From positions 32,001 to 96,000 of the IMG/VR virus record IMGVR_UViG_3300027896_000017: a stretch of DNA of 64,000 bases; one strand, 5' to 3'. This DNA comes from a virus. The notes beneath the pieces were generated by a model. That model was not told the DNA's origin, searched no databases, and worked only from the letters and a program-made list of their open reading frames with translations. The first letter of the stretch is position 1. Each line of letters starts with the position of its first letter. Both the position numbers and the translations under genes were made by a program. This document shows positions 21,766 through 30,300 of the stretch, piece by piece.

Positions 21766-24743
21766 AATGTAGTTGCCGATAATGATGTGATTCTAAAAAA
21801 TTCTATCGAATTCGCCTCTAATTGGTCGGTAAATGTTCCAGTTATAAGATTGCCTAAATTATCATATCTGATGTAAGACACAGTTATAGGTTCTTGAATA
21901 TTATTAACTATATTTTGATTATATAAATAACTAACAAGATCTTTAACAACAAATACACCATCTATATTGTCATCAAAATATTTTTTTATAGCATCAGTAA
22001 CCTGATTGTCGCTTGATTTTCCAGTATAATAAATGGCAAATGAAAGACTGATTGGCGATTTATGTTTAACAAGGATATCTCCATATACTCTGCCAAAAAT
22101 AGGACCTTCAAAAAAATCCTGCATAGCAGATATGGATGGATAGGTGGTATATTCAACGGTAATAGAGTCAGAATCAATATTATTTAAATATATTTTAACG
22201 ATCTCTTTTGACGATCTTACTAATAATAAATCTGAACGCATTACCGTATAATCTGAATTTGATAAAATTTTAGTTTCATTAAGAGTGGCCCCTATAGTAA
22301 CGGATAAAATATCAATAATAGGCATATTACAACCAAGCGCCCTGCTCATTTCAAAATAATTATCATTAATTTGTTTAGTTAAAGTGATTGAGGATGAAAT
22401 TAAATTTTCATAATTACTTAATGTAGCCACGTAAATATCCGATTTGTTATTGGCATGATACGATCCTGAAGAACCACTTTCAGCTTTTATATAATCAATA
22501 TGAAGAACCGAATGTATGTCATCTTCAGTTTCATTTGAATATCTACTTTTTAATTTGGTAGTTCCGGTTGTTATAAATAAAATAAAAATATTAGTTCCAA
22601 ATCTATTTAAAACTTTATAACGATCTATGCCGTCTAAATCCTGTGTAAATAATGATTCTAAACTATTTTTAGAGCCATCTGGGTTAGATAATCCAGATAT
22701 TGCAGTCCAGGCTCCACTGGTTAATTCAGTGGATCCGGTAGCAACGCTTTGCCCCTCTTTATCCCATATATAAGCCTGAAAGCCATCTGTTAAGGTGTTA
22801 TTTATGGCGCTGGAGCCATTAGCACGAGCGTATAAAGTAATAGGGCCATCAAGATGTTCTACATTCAAAGCAAACATTGCTGTGGCTTTCTTTTCTGAAA
22901 TATCAAAAGCTTTTAAATTTGTTATTTGCCATTGATCGGCAGTAGATAGACTTTTGGTATCTAATGATATTTTCATCATAGTTCCATAACGAGTAGAAGA
23001 TATATTTCTTAATTCGGTGCCATAAACACTTAACAGCGCACTCTGTGTTTGAATTCTTAATACATTTTCTGATGGCGTAGTGTCTGGACTTGATTCCGCT
23101 GTTTTATGCAAATAAAGGGTCATTCTTAAATCGTCATAAATAATAAATTCAAATTCATATTCTGATAAAGGTTCTATGCGCCACAAGGTTTCAAATAAAG
23201 CGTTAATATCGCCTATGGTGTGCTGTTGTTCTTCATCCTCATCCACAAGATATACTTGAGCAGTTCCATATTTTTCAGCATGAGCGAAATAAATAGAAGC
23301 ATTATTAGGAGGGGGCGTTCCCTCAGAAATCTCATTTTGAGGAACAAATTTATTATTTATTCTAATTCCAAAACCAATTCCAGTATAACCGTCTACTGTA
23401 TTATCATTAGTTCCACCTATCATTATCTGAAGATTGCTATTAGCTGTAAGGGCTGAATCGTCAGCGACATCGGGCCATGTAAAAGTTCCGGACAATTTAA
23501 CACCAATACGTTTATTGATATCTTTACCAACAGACAAAGAATTCAGCGCTCCACCGCAAATATTAATAGTATTATTGGTAAAATTTAAAACTTTAATATC
23601 TTCTGCGCCATCGGCTAACGGCCCAAGATTACTAGGAGTAAATCCATTAGCGCCATAAATCCATTCTGGAGACGGAACAATTACAGGAGTATACCCAACA
23701 TTTTCATCAATAATATTAAATAGGTCTTTTGTTGCAACTTCCATATATGTTTTATAATCATCAAAAAATATCCCTTTATACATATCGTCGGTGCATTCCT
23801 GATTTAATGCATAACCATGAAATGCCGGTTCTTGAGAATTAATATCACTAGGTTCTATGGTAAGAGGATAATCATAATCTGTGGGGATAGAAAGAGGACC
23901 CCATTGACCAGCGTTAACATTCCCAGCTTCAAATGGATATATCTGATAAAAACCTATACTTTTAATAAGATTTTCACCTTGAACTTTTCCAAGAAACGTT
24001 ACTTGCTGCGGAGGGGCTGATAAATCTATAGCTTCAACTAAATCGCGATTCATATATCTGTCGCCGGCTGAAGCTATGTATTGGGATCGTATAATAGGAA
24101 AAAATTCAGGCAATCTGGCATATATACTACGCTTATTCATTAAGCTTCTGTCATTAATAGCATATGTTAATCTTTTAAAATATTGTTCATTATTTTCATA
24201 TTTAGAACCATTTTTAATAGCCTCAGGATTAGATACCATTTTATAAGTAAAATCAATATTTGTTATTTGGGATATTCCGCCAACATCAATATTGTAAGAA
24301 CCCCCTCTTACTGTAGCTATAATTGGAACGTCAATATAATAAATAGCAAATCGATCTGTAGAACGTAAAAATGATCCACTATTGATATATCCAGGTTGAA
24401 TGGCTTGATATTGTAATCCATCAGAACTTATAAACCTGGTGTCGGCAGTTATTTCAATATTAACCTTTTGATCAAACCATATTCTTGCATAGCCAAAGGC
24501 ATAATCTCCATATACTCTAGGTTCAAAAAATTTATTACCAAAAAAATCCAATTCCTGTTCAGACATATTTTGCCAATTAGTTACATCATTTATTCTATGC
24601 TCGCTGGCTAAAGAATTATAGAAATCGCCCAAAATTATACCTGAAGGCTTTACAGCCAATTCATCAATTACAGTTCCTTTTTGGCCGGAAGACTCTGAAA
24701 CCTCGGACCATTTTTTTCTAATAAAAGCTGTAAAATTAAACAT
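21762..24743 (-). CDS. baseplate wedge (baseplate J/gp6-like) protein
   Basis: N-terminal GTVIDELAVKP...ELDFFG..FF.PR..G.YA.G..RI...A...GGSYNI...NP.AI.NG...ENNEQY..R pattern typical of baseplate J-like proteins. Confidence 0.7.
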   Translation of the reverse strand: MFNFTAFIRKKWSEVSESSGQKGTVIDELAVKPSGIILGDFYNSLASEHRINDVTNWQNMSEQELDFFGNKFFEPRVYGDYAFGYARIWFDQKVNIEITADTRFISSDGLQYQAIQPGYINSGSFLRSTDRFAIYYIDVPIIATVRGGSYNIDVGGISQITNIDFTYKMVSNPEAIKNGSKYENNEQYFKRLTYAINDRSLMNKRSIYARLPEFFPIIRSQYIASAGDRYMNRDLVEAIDLSAPPQQVTFLGKVQGENLIKSIGFYQIYPFEAGNVNAGQWGPLSIPTDYDYPLTIEPSDINSQEPAFHGYALNQECTDDMYKGIFFDDYKTYMEVATKDLFNIIDENVGYTPVIVPSPEWIYGANGFTPSNLGPLADGAEDIKVLNFTNNTINICGGALNSLSVGKDINKRIGVKLSGTFTWPDVADDSALTANSNLQIMIGGTNDNTVDGYTGIGFGIRINNKFVPQNEISEGTPPPNNASIYFAHAEKYGTAQVYLVDEDEEQQHTIGDINALFETLWRIEPLSEYEFEFIIYDDLRMTLYLHKTAESSPDTTPSENVLRIQTQSALLSVYGTELRNISSTRYGTMMKISLDTKSLSTADQWQITNLKAFDISEKKATAMFALNVEHLDGPITLYARANGSSAINNTLTDGFQAYIWDKEGQSVATGSTELTSGAWTAISGLSNPDGSKNSLESLFTQDLDGIDRYKVLNRFGTNIFILFITTGTTKLKSRYSNETEDDIHSVLHIDYIKAESGSSGSYHANNKSDIYVATLSNYENLISSSITLTKQINDNYFEMSRALGCNMPIIDILSVTIGATLNETKILSNSDYTVMRSDLLLVRSSKEIVKIYLNNIDSDSITVEYTTYPSISAMQDFFEGPIFGRVYGDILVKHKSPISLSFAIYYTGKSSDNQVTDAIKKYFDDNIDGVFVVKDLVSYLYNQNIVNNIQEPITVSYIRYDNLGNLITGTFTDQLEANSIEFFRITSLSATTL

Positions 24744-24842
24744 AGTATTCCTTGGGGGTTAAAGAGGCCCTATTATTGAATATATATATAATATACCTTT
24801 AAACCATCTTTTCTTCAATATGTTATTTTAAAAGTAATTAGG

Positions 24843-24855
24843 AAATAACTATAAT
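24843..24855 (+). promoter_or_regulatory. putative phage promoter AAATAAC-TATAAT
   Basis: Recurs upstream of plus-strand units (35342, 41751, 52769, weaker at 26176); contains a -10-like hexamer. Confidence 0.55.
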
Positions 24856-24906
24856 AGTGAGATTTAATTTAGACTGATCATCTTTAACTAAACAAAGGAG
24901 TTTAAT

Positions 24907-25656
24907 ATGGGAAAGCTGCATGAACACATTGCGGTGGAAAATGACATCAAAGGAACGCTATCGAAAATTATAGCAGAAGCCGCGACTACGTTCACCAAAA
25001 AAGACACGCATTTTGATGAGTCTTCAAGGCTTTATACTCCGTTTGTAGATGGAGATAAAGATATTCCAGAAACTGAAGTAACGCATATGGTTACTACAGT
25101 AAAAGACAAGCTTGACTATGTATTTCCATATCTGGCCAAAAACCTAGATCATACATATCAGAAGGAATTGGCCAATACGGTAGCAAAAGCTGATGTGGTT
25201 CTGGAGAACGGGACGGTTTTGGCAGAAAAAGTGCCGGTGCTTGTTCTGGTTCAGCTGGAGAATACATTAGAAGGCTTCAGAAAAAATGTTCTGGAAATCA
25301 TTCCCACATTGGATCCCAAGATTGATTGGGAACCTGATACGTCAGCTAAAAATGTGTGGAAGACCCGCAATGCCATCAAAACAGTCAGAACGAAGAAAAT
25401 AAATAAGCCAGTAATCGTAGTGCCGGCTTCAGACAAGTTTCAGGCACAAGGGCAATTGGTGCCTGAAGACATCCCTGTGGGCGAATTTGTCAAAACAGCT
25501 CGCACAGGAAGGTTCTCACCTCTTCAGAAAAGTGATATTCTTGCTAAAATGGACGTAATCATAGCTGCTGTAAAAAAGGCTCGCGCAAGGGCCAATGATA
25601 CGCCTATTGAGAACGTAACAATTGGCAAGAAGATTGTGGATTTTATTCTTGGTTGA
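24907..25656 (+). CDS. conserved hypothetical protein (family recalled from actinobacteria and phages)
   Basis: KLHEHIAVE...ANTVAKADVV...VPV..LVQLE...RTKK...PASDKFQAQ...EDIPVG...AVKKAR..AN pattern recognised from memory; AAGGAG RBS. Confidence 0.7.
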   Translation: MGKLHEHIAVENDIKGTLSKIIAEAATTFTKKDTHFDESSRLYTPFVDGDKDIPETEVTHMVTTVKDKLDYVFPYLAKNLDHTYQKELANTVAKADVVLENGTVLAEKVPVLVLVQLENTLEGFRKNVLEIIPTLDPKIDWEPDTSAKNVWKTRNAIKTVRTKKINKPVIVVPASDKFQAQGQLVPEDIPVGEFVKTARTGRFSPLQKSDILAKMDVIIAAVKKARARANDTPIENVTIGKKIVDFILG

Positions 25657-25663
25657 ATATTAA

Positions 25664-25760
25664 TTTATATATTGCTAGTGTAGGATAGTCGGGAGGCTTT
25701 GAAGTGGGGGCGCTAGTTTCCATGGAGCCAAAAGTGGAATACCGATCTGCAATATATAAA
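25664..25760 (+). ncRNA. 23S rRNA L1-stalk (H76-H78) mimic RNA
   Basis: GTGTAGGATAGTCGGGAGGCTTTGAAGTGGGGGCGCTAGTTTCCATGGAGCC...GAATACCGATC aligns with the 23S L1-stalk head (E. coli, as recalled: GUGUAGGAUAGGUGGGAGGCUUUGAAGUGUGGACGCCAGUCUGCAUGGAGCC...AAAUACCACCC); closed by a 12-bp TTTATATATTGC/GCAATATATAAA stem. Confidence 0.85.
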
Positions 25761-25892
25761 ATAATATAATTGTATAAAGATTGACAATGCGAACTTATAA
25801 CTTCGCATTGTTATTATAGACACAATAGTCATATTTATATTCAGATTAATGAATAAAACTCAGGCTATTATGTGTCCCATGCTAAAAACAAA

Positions 25893-26051
25893 AATGGTCG
25901 ATTTTGGTCTACAAAATCGTTATCCAAGCCCAATCACCGGTTCAAATCCGGTCTGGCTCTCTAAGAACATCTATATGATGTTTTTAAAGAGCCGGTAGCT
26001 TAGAGGTCAAAGCGGGGTGATAACAGTAAAATACGATTTGTTGTAACCATT
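25893..26051 (+). ncRNA. circularly permuted tRNA-like RNA (YrlA/bacterial Y RNA-like)
   Basis: T-arm ACCGG-TTCAAAT-CCGGT (25936-52), acceptor CTGGCTC/GAGCCGG capped by a hairpin, then TA + D-arm GCTT-AGAGGTCA-AAGC; ends pair as AATGGTCGA/TTGTAACCATT. Confidence 0.75.
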
Positions 26052-26099
26052 ATCTTCTATGTAGCTCATCCTATAAAGATGATAACTATATAACTGACC

Positions 26100-26136
26100 G
26101 CCTGGGGGGAAGGGTATTCCCCCTGGGTATTTTTTT
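26100..26136 (+). terminator. intrinsic terminator
   Basis: GCCTGGGGGGAA/TTCCCCCTGGGT 12-bp stem followed by a T7 tract. Confidence 0.8.
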
Positions 26137-26238
26137 ACCTTTTTTTATAAAACGTTATTTTAAGGTATTTTATGGTATAACTATATTGGAGAGGGTATAT
26201 CCGTACCTGATCCATAAACCTTTTTCCAGGGAGTGTAT

Positions 26239-26421
26239 ATGAATCCGGTTACAGCGCCCGCAGGAGCATTTGGTAAGGAAGTTATCAATAGCGTCATTTT
26301 TGGCGCTATCGCAGGAATTCTGATGGGGGTCACAGGGAGTGTCGTGACCAAAGCTTTGCAGCCCAGGGTTGACAAAGCAAATCAGGCCACCGGCAAGCCC
26401 GCCGGTGATACCAAGAATTAA
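26239..26421 (+). CDS. small membrane protein (60 aa)
   Basis: AGGGAG RBS; hydrophobic GxxxG segment VIFGAIAGILMGVTG; followed by a terminator. Confidence 0.6.
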   Translation: MNPVTAPAGAFGKEVINSVIFGAIAGILMGVTGSVVTKALQPRVDKANQATGKPAGDTKN

Positions 26422-26437
26422 TTGGGTGCTGTTAATG

Positions 26438-26470
26438 AAAAGCACCAGAAGAAATTCTGGTGCTTTTTTT
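26438..26470. terminator. bidirectional terminator between convergent genes
   Basis: AAAAGCACCAGAA-gaaa-TTCTGGTGCTTTT hairpin with A/T tracts. Confidence 0.8.
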
Positions 26471-26492
26471 ACTTAATCTTTTTTTTTACTTA

Positions 26493-27275
26493 TTACGATC
26501 TTATACTTCCTTCACCATGCACATCAACCTGTTGTCCTTTTGCAGGGGTATCATTTGGGGATTTATTATTATTCTGATTTTCTTCATTGTCAGGCGTGAC
26601 TGCTTGCCCTTCATCACCACCCTCCACTTTCTGAAGCATGGTATAATAATCTGCCTTTTCAGCCAAATGATCTAATGCTATCTTTTTTCGAGTGGCAGGA
26701 TCTTCACTATGTTCAGCTTCAACCTCAATACCCATTTCCAGCTGTTGAGGATCAACAGTATTGGGATCTAATCCCTGAGATTTTCCACCTCTTAAAAATT
26801 GAATATACTTACCAGCTAAAATATAAGCAGCGGCTTCGGCTTGAGGAATATCATATCCTTTAGATTCCGCGAATTCATGAAACATTTCATCTGTTGGAGT
26901 AGGGTTCTGTTGAAAAAAATCAAATATCATTTTGGGGTCAATAGCACTTGTTCCTGTAGACGCCGCTTCTTCAGCAGGCTCATTTCCTGTAATCTCTTTT
27001 TCACCATTATTCTGAGGTTTATTTTCTCCAAAGTTTCCTTTATTATTTTGTTCCTTATTTTGTTCTTTACCTTCTGTATTATCTGGTTTCTTATTTTTAT
27101 CTTTGCTTTCATTATCTTGTTTGACTGGTTTGTTTCCCATTCCTTTAGGAGGGAATGGCTTCTTATCTGATCCTTTTTTAGCAGTATTAGATTTATTTGT
27201 TTCAGACTTAGACTGTTTTGATTCATCCGCAGGTATCTCCGCAGCTAATTTGGTTAAAAGATCTGAATTTTCCAT
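26493..27275 (-). CDS. protein with disordered N-terminus and DUF5661-like C-terminal domain
   Basis: QLEMGIEVEAEH..D....KIALDHL.E..DYY motif; GAGGTG RBS before ATG 27275. Confidence 0.65.
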   Translation of the reverse strand: MENSDLLTKLAAEIPADESKQSKSETNKSNTAKKGSDKKPFPPKGMGNKPVKQDNESKDKNKKPDNTEGKEQNKEQNNKGNFGENKPQNNGEKEITGNEPAEEAASTGTSAIDPKMIFDFFQQNPTPTDEMFHEFAESKGYDIPQAEAAAYILAGKYIQFLRGGKSQGLDPNTVDPQQLEMGIEVEAEHSEDPATRKKIALDHLAEKADYYTMLQKVEGGDEGQAVTPDNEENQNNNKSPNDTPAKGQQVDVHGEGSIRS

Positions 27276-27319
27276 AAGCACCTCTTTTGTGTTAAGTTTA
27301 TATATTTTAACATACTTTA

Positions 27320-30300
27320 CTACCACGTATAATTCCCCGTAACGTACTCGGGGATAGGGTGATTTAACGGATTGCTGATTGATTTCCAACTCTGTGTGGT
27401 TCCTTCTTCAAGAACTTTTGCAATTCTATTGTGGGCCAATCTGGCTATCCAGTCCTCAGATGATTGGGCTTTTGCCTGAATTCCAGTAGGAGTTAAAAAT
27501 GGCTCATGTTTAATTCTGTCTTTAAAAACTTTGATTCTTTTGAATCCCCTTTCATCAAGTTTATTAATAACACTTTCATCTATTTTAGTATTCGCTTTAA
27601 ATGGCCCATAATTTTGAGCCAGATGATCCCCTTCAGTATCATAAATACTTTCTTCTTTTAAATTATTATTATTGTAATGTTCAACAGTCGTTAAAGGCGC
27701 GACGTCACCTTTTAAATAATTAGGATGACTGCCTGGTTCAAGTATTCTTGTGGTATTAGTTAATCCTCTGACTACAGTTTCAATATCGCGTTTATCCAAT
27801 TTACCTTCCATCAATTCATTTATATGATTAACAAGAAATTTTTGAGTTTCAGGCATACCTTTATATTTTAAAATATCATGAGCCGACGGAGTGCCAGTGC
27901 TTAACAGATCGCCGGATTTGACTAAAACACCAGGTTTAACTAATGGTTGATTGTTGGCATCAATATATCGTATTTCTTGTTTTTCTCCATTATCCAAATG
28001 AACATCCCATCCGCCAATGGGAGATTTTTTAATATCTTTTACAACACCATCGATACTCGCCAATGTGGCTTTGTCAGGATTATTTTTAGTAAATCGTAAC
28101 GTATCAAATAATTGATCAAATACTGTAGATCCTGGTTTTTTCTGAATTTGTAATGCGCCTCCGGTATGGAATGCTTTCATCGCCATGTTTAATGAAGGCT
28201 CAGTGATCGTGTGGGCTGAGATGATTCCAATATTATCTCCAATATTAGGTTTTTTTCCATCATAATTTACACCATATGAAAACGAAGAAAAGCCGTCTCC
28301 AGGAGTTGGGTCCGTTATTGGAGACTGAACATAAACTTTTTTAATTCCATGTTGGCTTAATTTATTCGCCACATCAGATGTTACAATATCATTTCGTTTT
28401 GCTATAATTTTTCCATTATCAGCTTTTGCGTCTTGCGCAAGGAACCTGTTTAATATGCCTTTATTGTCATTAATATCATATTCAAAACCTTTATTATCAA
28501 CCGGCTCATCGTGAGTTATTCTGGTTTCATAAATTGAATTAATCAAATCTTTTGTAAGCCATCCAGGCTTTGAAGAAGAAATTGATTTTTTAATATTACC
28601 ACCACGGGCCCCATGTGCAGCAGACCAATATCCAAAAGTATCCAATCCTTCAGAATAAGATTTAGTAATAGGCAGAGGTATAGGTCTATCTTCCGCATCA
28701 GTAACTATTCCAGGCATTAAAGCAATAGCGCTTATATTATCAATACCTTTAGTTCCTCCTGATTTCAAGCCAACGCCTATCATGGTATTTTCGCCATATT
28801 TATTTTCAAGTTCTTTTCTACCCTTCATTGTCATGGAACTGAACGCTTTAACTATAGACATGGGGTCTTTTTTATCTGAATTTTTTTCCGCCTCTCTTAC
28901 AAGAGAATCTCTTAAATCTCTATCAACAACCGTATCTGAAACACCAAGGGTGAAGCCAAAAATAGTAGAATAGTTATTTCCAACATCTTTAATTTTATCG
29001 GCTAATCCTAAAGCAATTTTTCCATTGTGTTTTTTGGTGACATCTCTAATCCACGATTCTACATTTTTACCATTCAATTCGATATCGTATTTTTTTAAAT
29101 CATCAGGAACCACACTGTTAATTTCATGCATACCAAAGGGAGCTTTTTTATCTCCAACCGTTACGGAGTCGGCATAGGTAAATTTATTCTGTTTAAAAGC
29201 ATTACGAGCCTGTTCCAGCGTATCAAATTTTAGACCAGTATCCTGTCCACCTTTACCCTTGGAGACAAGCCAGCTGCCTACAATCATGTCCATTTGAGGT
29301 ACATTAAGAACTGAATCGTATCCAGTTTTAAGCATAGAGGCTGAGGGTTTCATTTTTTCAGCTTCGGCAATGGCTTTGGGGGAAATGGGGACGTGTAACT
29401 GAAAGGTATCAAAAACAGGAATTCCATTTGAACACATAAACGTCATTGGCCCCGGAACGGTAATGTCATATAAACATTGTTTTTTATCAATAAAATTAAC
29501 TTTATCGGCGGTAAGCCATGTTATAGTATTATTATTAACAATTTCAATCCATTCACTTGGCAAACAATTATTAGACATAGAAATTATTTTTTTAGACATT
29601 AATCTCCCAAGCAAACCTTTTCGACAAGCCTTTCTCATTGAATCTCGCATTATTGGATCTTTAATAAATTTTTCGCATTTATCATACAAATCTTTATTCC
29701 AAGGCACCCTATCTACCATATTAATTGTTCTATTGGTAGCCATTGATGAAGATAAAAATTTTCTATATATTAAAGATTTTTCTTTATTCTTAAATATTAA
29801 TTCTTTGCCCCTTATATCAATAGAAGACATGCCAATATTATAATATGAATTATTATTTTTACTATAATAACTTATTAAACATGATATATTTAAACTTTTA
29901 CACATAGTTAAAATTTCGTCGGCAAGACGCAAAGATGTTGTTGCATATCTAAATTTAAAAGATCCATTACTATTAGAAAAGCCTATACTTCCGTCGGTAT
30001 CAAGCATTCCAGATAACAAACCAAGTTTAAATTCTTTAGGGGAAGACATATAACATGGCGGCAAGTGTTTGTTATAACAATTATGCCCAATTATATTTCT
30101 TAAATTTTCTGCCAAAGAAATATTTGATAATGATATATTTTTTCCAATATATTCATTTTTACTATTACAAATTTTCTTTTTATATTCATTAGACCAAAAT
30201 GTTGGTTCTGTTTTTAACAATTTTATAATATTAGATTTAAAAGAATTTTCAATATCTTGATGAATGGTCGCTATGTCGATTTTTTTTCCACTAGTACTAC

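Noticed and set aside
25676-25748. rRNA gene or host rRNA contamination
   Set aside because: Similarity is limited to one structural domain, closed by a non-rRNA stem within phage-like AT-rich sequence
25781-25812. TTGACA as a -35 box
   Set aside because: No -10 hexamer at 16-18 nt spacing; it is one arm of a hairpin
25936-26018. Canonical tRNA gene or two-piece tmRNA
   Set aside because: The T-arm precedes the D-arm and there is no anticodon loop, so it is not a normal tRNA. A full D-stem is present, and I found no convincing tag ORF, which argues against tmRNA
26170-26445. Minus-strand ORFs of 91 aa and 64 aa
   Set aside because: Antisense to the RBS-supported plus-strand small membrane protein gene
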